Assembly (NCBI GenBank): GCA_951406725.2
Contig: OX597817.1
Coordinates: forward strand, 107,260,001-107,324,000
Direction of reading: 5' to 3'
Length of the DNA: 64,000 bases
DNA from: Octopus vulgaris
Lineage: Eukaryota
A program made the translations under genes and the position numbers. This document shows, one piece after another, positions 28,793 to 44,540 of this stretch. Under the pieces are notes generated by a model. That model searched no databases. It had not been told where the DNA came from and saw only the letters and a list, made by a program, of their open reading frames with translations. The first letter of the stretch is position 1; the number at the start of each line of letters is the position of its first letter.

Positions 28793-29871
28793 CATATGTA
28801 CATACTTACGTATGTACGTATGTCCGTATGTATGTATGTATGTATGTATGTATGTATGTATGTATGTATGTATGTATGTATGTATGTATGTATGTATGTA
28901 TGTATGTATGTACATGCGTACGTGCATGCGTACGTACATGGGTACGTGCGTACATACGAACATACATAAGTACATACATACATACATGTAAAGACTGTCT
29001 CATATGAAATCATTGTTTCGGTCACTATCGTTGTGAACCTGCTGAAATATCCATTCACAGATATAAATAATAATATATTGAATTGATAGATTGTATTAAG
29101 GAGTCCAGTATATGCATAATACAAAAATAATATACTAAATGTTTGTGTATGACATGTATCTCTGTGTATAAAAGGGATGAAATGTTATTGAGGTATATTT
29201 TTAAAATCATGTATATTAATGTGGCAGTCCGTGCACAACTCTGTCTGTGTTTGATAATATTTGCATAACTATCCGACAGTTTGTATATGTCTGTTCATAT
29301 GAGTGTGTTGATATTTCCGTCTTCTGATCTTCTTTCATATATTAGGTCTTTATCGATGGAAAAAGAGCAAAAAAAAAGGAAATGGTTTGTCGGTGATTTC
29401 TTTGATCTCAACTTACTGATTAGAAAAGTAATATTATATATAGCCTACATGCATTCGTAAGTTGGTGTACGAGCCTGTATATAGTCTCCTCCATCAGGGG
29501 TGACTTTAAAGAACAATAGCAATGAGCATTACTTGAGCATATTTAGTTATATTCTTTTGATGTTTCCTTTCTTACTTCGTTATATTATTCAATGTGAACG
29601 TTCGGCACGTCGATGTAGGTATTGAGTATTTACATTATGACGTCATGAATGGCAAGATGTAAGGGAAAAGATAATGTATGTGTGTGTGTGTATGTGCGTG
29701 TGTGTGTGTATGCGCGCATGTGTCTGAGAAGAGAGAGGGAGAGGGAGAGGGAGGAAGAGACATTTCGCATCCTATATTTGTTGGGTGTATGCGCTGAACA
29801 ACGGACAGGTTATACAAACGGTATCATGTGTGTGCGTATATATATTTATATATATCTCTGTGTACATATAC

Positions 29872-29922
<51 letters not shown>

Positions 29923-29983
29923 AATGTATATATTTATATATATATCTGTGTACATACATATATATATATATGTATACAGACAT

Positions 29984-30038
<55 letters not shown>

Positions 30039-30053
30039 CATACGTACATAGAT

Positions 30054-30134
<81 letters not shown>

Positions 30135-30146
30135 TATATACAATGT

Positions 30147-32809
<2,663 letters not shown>

Positions 32810-32984
32810 ATATATGTATGTATGTATGTATGTATATATATATAGTGAGAATTTACAAAAGACGAATACGGGTGTGTAAACAACAAAAAGATGTATTAGT
32901 TTAATATATGTGTGTGTGTGTGCCTGTGTCTTAGTAATATATACATACATACACATATACATGCATATATACATCCTTCGCCAT

Positions 32985-33470
32985 CGTGTTGTGTATATGT
33001 TACTTGTCAGCCGCCTTCCAGCTATCTATTTCAAGCTGTATATGACTGGCACGTCCACACTTGGGGGTTTGCATCACCATTCTGGAACCTCTATCTTCTT
33101 CAGCATGTCAATCCACTGGAAACGGTTCAGAAACGTGCAACCAAACGAATACCCACCATCAGGTATCTCTGAACGTCTTGCTTTCCTCGGCATGGACACA
33201 TTAAAGCTCAGATGTCTGGCAATTGACTTGGTAGACACTCACAAAATTATCCACCATCTTTCCAACAACCTTGGGAATTTTGAATTCCACAGGTCAAATA
33301 CTCGTGGACGTATTTACATAATGAAAAACAACACAGCATTCATGATTTTCAGAAACATTTTTCATATTTAGAATTGCTGAAGTATAGAATAAACTACCAG
33401 CTTCAGTTGTTAGTTGTCGTGATACTACATCCTTTAAAACTTCCATGCTTCCTGAAATGCGCCAACAGTA
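32985..33470 (+). pseudogene. CR1-group LINE 3' remnant
   Basis: FASPFWNLYL..LETVQKRATKRIP..ERLAFLGMDTLKLR..DLVDTHKII. Confidence 0.8.
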
Positions 33471-33536
33471 CACCCTTTATTTTTGTAGTGCATCTGAGCA
33501 CTGTGTACAACAATTTCGTTGTTGTTGTTATTGTTA

Positions 33537-33732
33537 GGTAGCGAGCTGGCCGAATCGTTAGCACACCGGGCGAAATGCTTAGCAGCAATTCGTCCGCCTT
33601 GACGTTCAAATTCTGCTGAGGTCGACCTTGCCTTTCATGGTCGATAAATTAAGTACCAGTGAAATACTCTGGTCGATGTAACCGACTCATCCCTTCCCCC
33701 CAAATTGGTGCATTTGTGGAAAAATTTGAAAC

Positions 33733-33735
<3 letters not shown>
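33537..33735 (+). mobile_element. SINE family B, near full length, with (ATT)n tail
   Basis: GCGAGCTGGCCGAATCGTTAG head, GTTCAAATTC B-box, GTCGATAAATTAAGTACCAG body. Confidence 0.85.
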
Positions 33736-33772
<37 letters not shown>

Positions 33773-33859
33773 GTTTTTGTTGTTGCTGTTGTTGTTGTTG
33801 TTGTTGTTTTTGTTGTTGTTGTTGTCGTCGGCGAGTTAAGACGTGTTTTCAGCGCTCCG

Positions 33860-34878
33860 TGAGTTTGGACAGGCATCGCAACTGATGTATTGGCGACGAG
33901 ATTGGCCCTCGATCAATTTTTCGACGCCAAACACGAAGGCTGCGTTATCAGAGCTAAGGCACGTTCACTAAGCGGGGAGGGAAGGAAAGTGTCGCGATGG
34001 GCCTGCGTGGCTGAGGCTAAACGTATCAACAAAGCCACCATTCGGTCTTTAGTGGACCAGAATGGGCGCGAGGTGTTCGAATCGAAGCAGATGTGAGCAG
34101 ACTTTCAGCAGCACTTTGTTCGACTGTTTGGGACGAGCGAAGGGACGGATAACAGGGCAGACTTCGGTGTAAAGCTGGACGGTCTGCCGCAACTCTCGGC
34201 GAACGGGACGGAGTACTGCGAAAGGCCGATAACAGCCTGGGAAGTACAGGAAGCGATGAAAAGTTGCACTAGAGGCAGATCACCGGGTTTGGATAGTCTG
34301 CCCTACAAGATTTACATTTCAATGCCATACTTGTTTGCGGGCCTCTTGGCAGACGTCTACTGCAACTGGCAACAAAATGGGAGAATTCCTGCTATTGTTT
34401 ATCGAGGGGTGGTGGCACTGCTGAAAAAGACCCAAATAAGGGGAACGTTATAGAGAATTTCAGGCCCACCACTCTGCTTAATGCAGAGTTGAAGATTTTG
34501 GCCAAGGTGTTAGTCAAGAGGTTGACGCTTGTCGTGCACAAGCTGGTTGGCAAGGTACAAACATGCGTCATCCCAACCAGGAGTGTTCACGATAAGCTCC
34601 AACTCTCTCCAACATAGAGAGAATGGGTAACGGAGCTGGCATGGGTGGGGCCCTGATCAATTTCGATCAATCTAAAGTCTTTGATAGGGTAGACCATCAA
34701 TATTTGGCAGCTGTTCTCAAGGCAGCCAGTTTCGGTTCAGTCTTCTACGCTAGATTGCTGCTTTGTACAGCGGCATCTGCTCGGTTGTTCGGGTGAATGG
34801 TCACCTGTCGGAGCCATTCAGCATCTGGCGTTCGATCCGTCAAGGGTGCTCTCTCTCCTCCTTTCTGTATGTACTGAT
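33860..34878 (+). pseudogene. Second Tx1/L1-clade ORF2 fragment, related to 27150-28462
   Basis: FDAKHEGCVIRA, RSPGLDSLPYKIY, NFRPTTLLNAELKIL, QSKVFDRVDHQYL, RSIRQGCSLS. Confidence 0.9.
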
Positions 34879-35392
34879 AAACTATATACCAGTTCTACAC
34901 AGTGGCAGTTTTACATAGGACGATGTTGCTACTGTTTAGCCTCAGAGATGGGAGCGATAACCTTCCCTGCTCATACTATACTGACACAAACTGTGCGTCG
35001 ATAGCGTGGCATCTTTGGCGAGTATCTTGCCTCGGGCCGACCAAAGCTTTGGCATTGGATTTGGTAGACAGAAACTGAAAGAAGCCCGTCGTATATATAT
35101 ATGTATGTATGTATATATATATAACTAAGAATGTGTGTGTGTATGTGTGTGTATCTGTCTGTATGTGTGCATCACTAAAACTCGAGAACCACCCACTCAA
35201 ATTTTACACATGCTTTACTTAGGGTTCATGCAGTGTCATGGGCCAAAACAATTTCCAACTTCTTGCCCAGACCAATCTCTTATCTCTTACACTATTTCAA
35301 TATTACGTGTCAAAAGTGAAACAATAAGAACTCTATTGTAATGTGAGATAATGCTTTCAGTTTTAATACAGAAACTATTATCTCACATATAT

Positions 35393-35428
<36 letters not shown>

Positions 35429-35648
35429 ACAAGATAAGGGCAAAAGAAAAATTCCAATGCCAAATATACCGAAAAAAAGACAATAATTGTCAATAAACCA
35501 TTATAATTTATGCGTCTCGAAATAAACCGATAGAAATCTCTAAAAAATTCGTTATTACCGTATTGGTCCAATTTCGGAGTTAATTCGTAAATTATTTATA
35601 AATTTAACCTTTAAAGGTATTTTTTGATATGCTGGCCATTGATAAAAT

Positions 35649-35732
35649 GACCTACACGCGTTTCCGTTGCGGCTACTACTCACTGTTGTTGATGCATTCT
35701 TGCAATATCGTCGGTGCAATTTCATCAGGGTC
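35649..35732 (-). ncRNA. Type I hammerhead ribozyme motif with long stem II insert
   Basis: Minus strand GACC-CUGAUGA-AAUUGC...GCAACG-GAAAC-GCGU-GUA-GGUC; stem I extends distally. Confidence 0.6.
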
Positions 35733-35777
35733 CGTCCATTTTGTCATCCTCAAGCACACACACACAAAGACACACAC

Positions 35778-35859
<82 letters not shown>

Positions 35860-36235
35860 ACGTTTGCGCGCGTACACTCTCACACGCTCGCACACGCTCG
35901 CACTTAAATAAGACAGAGATACAGAGAGGGGAACAGATAAAGAGTACCTATACTCACGTTTGCTTGGATGTTTCAAAAAGTTCTGTGTCGCTGAAGAAAC
36001 GTAATTCAATTAGTTGTTTGGTAAATAAGTTTTGATAAAAGAAATAGATAAATAAAAAAGAGAGATAAACTGTTTTCCGGCAGTTAAAACCAATTATTTA
36101 TGTTGGCGAAGACACAATTGCAATGATTACTGGATGATTAGCTGAACGCTGCTCGTAAGAAATTTAACCACAATAGAGAACACCACGCACACATACGCAC
36201 ACATACGCACACATACGCACACACACATATACACG

Positions 36236-36266
<31 letters not shown>

Positions 36267-36675
36267 TCGAACGAACACACACACATGCACACACATACAT
36301 GCACATATACATACACACAAACACACACATACACGGACACACAAAAAACACATTATGCGTGTTTGTGAGTGTCATTATATGTAAGCATGTGTGTTTATAC
36401 GCGTATATATATGTTTATATAATCACATACACACATACACACGCATACGTACACCCACATATGTATATATAAATGCACGCACAAATGTATGCATATATGT
36501 GTATATGTGTATATATATATATGTGCATATATACATATATGTATGCATGTATATATACACATATATACATTATTTGTGTATGTATGTATGAATGTATGTT
36601 TAGGTATATATGACCTGATAATGTACGTGTATGTATATGTCAGTATGCGTATGTATGAGTAAATGTATAGATCAA

Positions 36676-36878
<203 letters not shown>

Positions 36879-37017
36879 AGCTAGCTATGTGTGTGCATGC
36901 GTATATTATACATAAGAGACCAGAGTGTACGTACGCCGCTATATTTTATATTTGTTTTTGTTTTGTTTTTGTTTTTCCAGTTTCAGCTCTTGAGCTGTGG
37001 CCATGCTGGGGCACCGC

Positions 37018-37205
37018 CATTGTGGTGAAAGAGTACAGCAGGGATCACCACCCCCTGCCGGAGCCTCGTAGAGCTTTTTAGGTGTTTTCGCTCAATAAAC
37101 ACACACAACGCCCAGTCTGAGAATCGAAACCGCGATCCTGCGACCGCGAGTCCGCTGCCCTAACCACTAGGCCATTGCGCCTCTACGTGGCCATTGCGCC
37201 TCTAC
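37018..37205 (-). mobile_element. SINE family D 5' half
   Basis: Minus-strand head GAGGCGCAATGGCCTAGTGGTTAGGGCAGCGGACTCGCGG..GGTTTCGATT. Confidence 0.85.
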
Positions 37206-37214
37206 GTATATATA

Positions 37215-37500
37215 TTAAAAAAATGGGACAAGAACTCAAAACATCCAGACAGTTAAGTGAAACAAAAAACGAAAACAAAATATCCAGAGAGACGATACAA
37301 GGAAAACAGGGACGGATCATTCGGAGTTTTCTATCCTCAGTCGAGTTCCAGAGCATCTTTGCAATTTCGAGTATAACCAGCCGAAATTGCAAAGATGCTC
37401 TGGAACTCGACTAAGGATAGAAAACTCCGAATGATCCGTCCCTGTTTTCCTTGTATCGTCTGTCTGGATATTTTGCGTTCTTGTCCTATTTTTTTAGATA
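37215..37500. repeat. Near-perfect palindrome (94-bp arms at 37276-37369 and 37382-37475, 12-nt loop)
   Basis: Two mismatches in 94 bp by manual comparison, plus an outer imperfect extension. Confidence 0.9.
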
Positions 37501-37576
37501 TATATTTTATATATGTATATTATACATATTTGTATGTATGTATATATACATAAATATTACACACACACGCACACAC

Positions 37577-37606
<30 letters not shown>

Positions 37607-37611
<5 letters not shown>

Positions 37612-37917
37612 TGTGATCACTGTGATCGACCAGACTATCAGATGTTGCTACACATCGCTGGTCACAATGCGCTTCGCATTGTTTTAACCTTCAAATGACG
37701 CCACCCCACTGGCTAAGCGAGCAGGCAAACAGAAGAAAGAGTGAGAGAAAGTTGTGGTGAAAGAGTACAGCAAAGATCGCCACTACCCCCTGCCGGAGCC
37801 TCGTGGAGCTTTAGGTGTTTTCGCTCTATAAACACTCACAACGCTCGGTCTGGGAATCGAAACAGCGATCCTCCAACCGCGAGTCCGCTGCCCTAAACAC
37901 TGGGCCATTGCGCCTCC
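37607..37917 (-). mobile_element. SINE family D, full length, tRNA-derived
   Basis: tRNA-like A/B boxes at 37850-37917; tail GGTCGATCACAGTGATCACAGTGA. Confidence 0.88.
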
Positions 37918-37918
37918 A

Positions 37919-37957
<39 letters not shown>

Positions 37958-37959
37958 CC

Positions 37960-38315
37960 TTTTACTTGTTTTAGTCATGCCTTTAGTCAAAGAAATCAAC
38001 TTATTCTTTGTAAGCGTAGTACTTATTCTATCGCTCCCTTTTGCCGAACCGCTAGGGTACGAGGACACAAACACACCAACATCGGTTGTCAATCGATGAT
38101 GGGAAGGTAAACACAGACACGTAAATACATACATACATATATAGATATATACAACGAGCTTCTTTCAGTTTCCGTCTACCAAATCCACTCACAAGGCTTT
38201 GGTCGGCTCGAGGCTATAATAGAAAACAGCTGCTTACGGTGCCACGCAATGGAACTGAACCCAGAACCATGTGATTGGTAAGCTAGCTTCTCACCACACA
38301 GCCACTCCTGTGCCT
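37960..38315 (-). mobile_element. SINE family A, near full length
   Basis: Reverse complement of the 41557-41953 family. Confidence 0.85.
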
Positions 38316-38791
38316 ATATATTTATAAAATGTATGATCCAGGGATCGATGTGTAGGAAAAAAGTTAGCTTCAAGCAATCCACAATAGATATTAAAAAAAA
38401 AAACAGTTTTCAGGAGCCATAGTGGTTTATTGAGACGAAAGGTTGAGGATTTTTTTCATGTTGAAGAGTAGCTGGCGCTATACACCTCACTTAGATTTTA
38501 CCACTTCTGAGGGAAGTGTTGCTCTTGGTCATGGCTGACATAGAAGAGCCTGTTGCTCCTTGGTCTCACTGACACAAAAGAGGAAGAGATAGGAAATTCT
38601 CTCTGTTATATAGACTATGGTCAGTAATGTAGGTCAAACCGTTAACAAAGGACTGACCTTTCCTTGACCAGCACAGGTCCTAGAGGGTCGAGTGTTTCCT
38701 CATCAATCATCTGGTGTGGAGAGGATTTCCCGCTCGTTTTGACAAGCATCAAGCAGGTGGGTTTGGTTTCAAGTCTCAGGTAGGGTCAAGT

Positions 38792-39630
38792 TATTAGGTT
38801 GTCAAGAAACTTCTTGCGGAATTTTAAATTTTTGTTTAAAATGATGTATTTTCAAATTAATTTTCGTTAAATTACTTTGAATTTATATATCATTTCATAG
38901 ACCGTTTTCGCTCTATCTAATCGTGTTACTCGTTTTCTTTTTGAATAATTGAACGACAAAAAAAAAAAACCAAAAAAAAAAACCGCCGTTTTGAAGTGTC
39001 GTCTTCTCTTTTACACAACAAGAACGACCCGTTTCTCGACCGGATTCTGACTTGCGACGAAAAGTGGATTCTTTACGACAACAGGCGACGCTTAGCTCAG
39101 TGGTTCGATGTCGACTAAGCTCCACGGCACTTCCCGAAGCCAAAGTTGCACCAAAAGAAGGTCATGGTGACCGTTTGGTGGTCTGTGGCCAGTCTCATCC
39201 ATCACAGCTTTTTGGATCCAGGCGAAATCATTACGACGGAGAAGTACTGTCAGCAAATGAATGAAATGCATTAGAAACTCCGACAACAACAACCAGCATT
39301 GGTCAATAGAAAAGGACCAATTCTTCTCAACGACAACGCCCGGCCGCACGTCGCACAACTGACCCTGCAGAAGTTGAACGAATTGGGCTATGAAACTCTG
39401 CCTCATCCGCCATATTCACCAGACCTCTCGCCTACCGACGACCACTTTTTCAAGCATCTCGACAGCTTGCTGCGTGAGAAATGCTTCAAAAACAAAGACG
39501 ATGCTAAACACGCCTTCAACGACTTCATCGCCATCAGAACGCAGGATTTTTACCCTACTGGCATAAATAGACTTGGTTCGTGTTGGTAAAAGTTTGTTGA
39601 TTCTGATGGTGTTTATTTCGATTAATAAAG
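38792..39630 (+). mobile_element. Mariner element (cecropia/Hsmar1-like), internally deleted, with left TIR and transposase catalytic-domain remnant
   Basis: TA-TTAGGTTGTCAAGAAA TIR; FLDRILTCDEKWILYDN, KVMVTVWWS, LLNDNARPH, HPPYSPDLSPTD, DGVYFD*; stops and frameshifts. Confidence 0.9.
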
Positions 39631-39637
39631 TTTTATT

Positions 39638-39676
39638 TACTAGCCCCAAGATTCCGAGTTCGATTCCAAGCAGTGA

Positions 39677-39754
<78 letters not shown>

Positions 39755-39970
39755 CAACAACAACAACAACAATAATAATAACAACAACAACAGCAACACC
39801 TTAGGAATGAGAACCCAGGTTCGAAATTTCCCTAAGACACCTGATGAAGGCTGAAGGGTATATCAACCGAAACATTGTGTTAACAACAAACAAGATGAGA
39901 ACAAATATCCGTCAAATGTAAATAATGTAAATAATGTACATAATTCCTCATCTCTTAAATACAGAACTGG
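39638..39970 (+). mobile_element. SINE family E: truncated tRNA head, (AAT/AAC)n spacer and HHR tail (39836-39881)
   Basis: CCCCAAGATTCCGAGTTCGATTCCAAGCAGTGACCT; GACAC-CUGAUGA-A-GGCUG..CAACC-GAAA-CAUU-GUGUU; tail nearly identical to 24238-24372. Confidence 0.82.
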
Positions 39971-40438
39971 TATGTACTATATCATAGAATTTTGCGACTG
40001 TTTTTGTGAAATCAATATTAGTATCCCTGTTAAGGCGGCGAGCTGACAGATTCGTTATGAGGGATCTTCTGAATAACACCGGCATGAGTTATAAATCTAA
40101 TAAGTTATAGTTTCACTTAAAATATTTCTCACATCTCCAATAAACACAGGTTTCTCGTCTCCTGGCGACAATAAAAGTATATCCTTTAAACAATACTTTC
40201 CTGACAATTGTGTCGCTAGTTACAAATGCCATTTTCAATTGTGGAAAGAGTCGAACAATATATATCTATCACTCAGTTTAAACTAAAGTCTAGGTAGATA
40301 TCGTAATTGTGAAGTTTACTTGGAATATGTATTATGACGTAAAGAAGAGAGATTTAACGTTTCAAGCACACGTCCTTCGAATAAGATAGTGTGTGTGGAA
40401 GAGAGAGGGGGAGAGAGGAGAGAGAGAAGGGAAGAAAG

Positions 40439-40511
<73 letters not shown>

Positions 40512-41556
40512 CAGTGACCCATTACAAAAAATGCGAAATTTAAAAAAATGAAAGACGTGGAAAAGTAATGTCAAAAGGTGGACATGAAAGGGGAATGTAA
40601 TGTTTATGGTGGAAAATCTAGCATTCAAGATTAACGGGTTAGTATGTTAATCCAGAAAATATCAAATGCACACATGAATAGAGAGGCATGGATAAAGAGG
40701 AGAAGAAAGAGAGAGGAGAGAGAAAGAGAGAAAAGGGGAGAAAGAGAGTGGGAGAGGGAGATAGGAAGAGAGAGGTAGAGGGGAAGGTAAGTGATGGGGA
40801 TGATGATGACATTTTGAGAACTGGATAAAATAAATAACCACTACACTCTATTGCTCGTTCTTTTGCTTTAAGTGAACGCAGATTTTTCCTCATTATTTAA
40901 ACCGCGTAGTACATGAAAGGGTTTTAGATTTGTATTCACATCACAATTAAATAATATACCGTTATATATCAATACTTTACTGGTCTCAAAATTCCTAACG
41001 GTGTATACTGAGATGGATACCAGGACCTAGTTATCCCTCCATCTACTTACTTCAATAGGTGTGGCTAATTGAAACAGAACAACAAATGCATGCAGAGATG
41101 TACTTTATTGCAAATAAATTCATGAGCGATCTTCTGACAAACTTCATAGCAGATTTATTTCTGGTTGGAGTGTCATGGATTTCCCCTCCAGAAACTTATC
41201 TCCTATTTTATGTCAAATTTATCTATAATCGATTCGTAGTGTCACGCAAAAACCCTTGTGTGAATTCATGCCAGTTGATAATTAAATAACTTTTCTTTTA
41301 TCAGTTAGTTTGTGAACATTTAAAAAAGGATTTTATAGATGTCTGTTCAGAAGTACTGACAATAATACAATGGCGTTCTACAGTATACTCGTTTTCATTT
41401 TCCTACTTAGGTGTATCAATCAGTGTAAATATATTACATACATACATACATACATACGTACGTACGTACGTACGTACGTACGTACGTACGTATGTATGTA
41501 TGTATGTATGTATGTATGTATGTATGTATGTATGTATGTATGTATGTATGTATGTA

Positions 41557-41953
41557 GGCGCAGGAGTAGCTGTGTGGTAAGTAGCTTGTTTACCAACCAG
41601 ATGGTTCCGGGTTCAGTCCCACTGCGTGGCACCTTGGGCAAATGTCTTCTACTATAGCCTCGGGTCGACCTAAGCCTTGTGAGTGGATTTGGTAGACGGA
41701 AACTGAAAGAAGCCCGTCGTATATATGTATATATATGTATGTACGTGTATGTTTGTGTGTCTGTGTTTGTCCCCCTAGCATTGCTTGACAACCGATGCTG
41801 GTGTGTTTATGTCCCCGTCACTTAGCGGTTCGGTAAAAGAGACCGATAGAATAAGTACCAGGCTTACAAAGTATAAGTCCCGGGGTCGAGTTGCTCGATT
41901 AAAGGTGGTGCTCCAGCATGGCCGTAGTCAAAATGACTGAAACTAGTAAAAAG
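41557..41953 (+). mobile_element. SINE family A, full length (tRNA head, CORE-like CCTTGGGCAA block, internal TA/TG microsatellite); likely one of the described octopus SINEs
   Basis: GGCGCAGGAGTAGCTGTGTGGTAAG..GGGTTCAGTCCC..GGCACCTTGGGCAA..ATGACTGAAACTAGTAAAA; more than 10 related pieces in the window. Confidence 0.9.
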
Positions 41954-42045
41954 AAAAAGAAAAAAAGAAATGTATGTATGTATGTATGTATGTATGTATG
42001 TATGTATGTATGTATGTATGTTTGTTTGTCTTTCTGTCTGTCTAT

Positions 42046-42201
42046 CTGTCACAATCTGCGTCCCGCTGAATCTCTCTGAGAACTACGTTAAGTGTACATG
42101 TGTTTGTGGAATACTCAGCCACGTTCACGTTGATTTCACGAGCAGGCTGTTCCGTTGATCGGATGAACTGGAACCCTCGTCGTCGTAACCGACCGAGTGT
42201 C
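42046..42201 (+). mobile_element. SINE family C 3' part
   Basis: Nearly identical to 43785-43938. Confidence 0.85.
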
Positions 42202-42202
42202 A

Positions 42203-42326
<124 letters not shown>

Positions 42327-42510
42327 CACATGTTTATGCTTATGTATTCGTTTTGCAAGATTTTTATGTGAATTAGTGTGTTGAAGCAGATATTGTTGTA
42401 TTTGGGGATGGTCATGTTGCCAATTTAGCCAATGAAAACACACGCACTAATAATTCCGTGTTCACTTGCTTCAGCTTTATTTCATATTAATTGTATTTCG
42501 GCCAGAGTTG

Positions 42511-42616
<106 letters not shown>

Positions 42617-42756
42617 ACTATCTCTGTTAGTCTGTGTGTATATGTGTGTGCGTGTGTATGCGTGTGTGTTTGTATGTGTGTGTATCTAAATATCTTCATT
42701 AATGCATAGTGTTACTTTGATAAAATACACTACACAGATATCACACGGTATTGCTG

Positions 42757-42807
<51 letters not shown>

Positions 42808-43414
42808 ATACACACATACACACACACACACACACACAGACACACACACACACACACTCCCTCTCTAGCAGCACAACATTATTATATATATGTATATTTC
42901 TATATATTTATGTGCACGTGTGTATGCATATACATCTGCGCAAGTTTACTATCGTAGAATAGTCAAATACAAAATAAATCCAATCTTATAAAGATAAAAA
43001 ATTAAAATATTTAATTATATTATCTGGTATTTTCACCGATAACATTTTGTCTCATTGTCGTTATGACTATCGATATTTTCATTGCTGGCATCTTGACTTT
43101 CTGTATATTGTCCAATTACTACTCACTTGAATACCGCCACCTGGCTGTAGGGTGCAATTTACTGCGCCCACCCAGTTGTAAACCTTCAGTTTGTGAAACT
43201 GGGAGGAGAAAGGAAGGGTGGAAGGGAAGTATGCTCTGTTGGAGGAAACCTTCCACTCTTCCTTCCATCATTCACTGATGTCCTGAAAAATGGTACTGAG
43301 AGCTGCATTTCTTCCTCTGACGAAGCTTATTAAAAGAAATAGACAGAAGAAATAGAAACATGGGTACACACCCCATATGTGCGTGTGTGTGTATATATAT
43401 ATAAACACATATGT

Positions 43415-43605
43415 TGGATCGTTAGCTCCAGCACGCATTCTTTTCTCTCCTTGTTTCTTTTCTGTGTATCTTTCTGTCGAAGAGCGTAGGCTCGAAACGT
43501 AAAAGACTTGTTTTATTTCTATTCCCGAGCGCCATACTAGTACAATTGTTTGTTTGTACTCCACCTGCCTTCGTCTTTTGTTTATTTTCGTAAACCTTCC
43601 CGTTA
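43415..43605 (+). mobile_element. PLE-like terminal repeat fragment with a variant HHR (43469-43506)
   Basis: UCUUU-CUGUCGA-A-GAGC(GUAG)GCUC-GAAA-CG-UA-AAAGA; related to 20940-21110. Confidence 0.55.
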
Positions 43606-43704
43606 CATACATACGTACGTATATATATACATATACATACATATATATGTATATATGTGTATACACACACAGACACACACAATATTGTAGTATATATAAA
43701 CATA

Positions 43705-43937
43705 AAAGATACTTTATTTCACGTGGCTCCACTATACTCAGCTGACAAAAATGAATAGCACCTGTATTTCAAAGGAACAGATTTGTTACAATCTGCGTCC
43801 CGCTGAACCTCCCTGAGAACAACGTTAAGTGTACATGTGTCTGTGGAATACTCAGCCACGTTCACGCTGATTTCACGAGCAGGCTGTTCCGTTGATCGGA
43901 TCATCTGGAACCCTCGCCGACGTAACCGACCGAGTGT

Positions 43938-43938
<1 letters not shown>
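43705..43938 (+). mobile_element. SINE family C, 5' truncated
   Basis: ACTTTATTTCACGTGGCTCC..CTCAGCTG..CCCTGAGAAC..CGTAACCGACCGAGTGTC. Confidence 0.85.
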
Positions 43939-44008
<70 letters not shown>

Positions 44009-44509
44009 TTTCTTGAAACAATTAATTTCTATAGAGATTAGGATTTAAATTCCAATCTAAGAAAAGTTTCCGTTCTACAATATTCTTAAAGGAACGAAAA
44101 ATTATTCAACAATTCGGGCTAATACGAACAAGCCTGGTAGGTGTAAAAGACTAACTGCATCTCTTATCAAGATTACAGGCGGCAGTCAGATCGCTGATGT
44201 TTGTTGTACACTCCACTGTCATTATTTGAATGCTGTTATTCTGTGCATCTGTGTATAAAGATCACTTGTGTTTTGCAGGGCTGCTTTATTTTTACCCTTA
44301 ACTTAGAAATGGAGAAATACATATTAAAACTATTTTTAACTTTAACTTAAAAATGGAGAAAGATATTAAGATTATATTTCTATCTTATTGTTAAATTATC
44401 AGTGCACATATAAGTCTGTGCATTACGTCTCTTAGCTTCCTTTATACATGTGTCTTATACGAAATCTGTGATGAGCTCGAATGAGGCTAATGACCTGGAG
44501 TCTACTCTG

Positions 44510-44540
<31 letters not shown>

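Noticed and set aside
39299-39589. SETMAR-like host gene
   Set aside because: No SET domain; stops, frameshifts and a TIR show it is a dead mariner
40351-40390. Minus-strand GAAACGUUAAAU resembling the 21012 hammerhead
   Set aside because: CUGANGA core and stem II are destroyed
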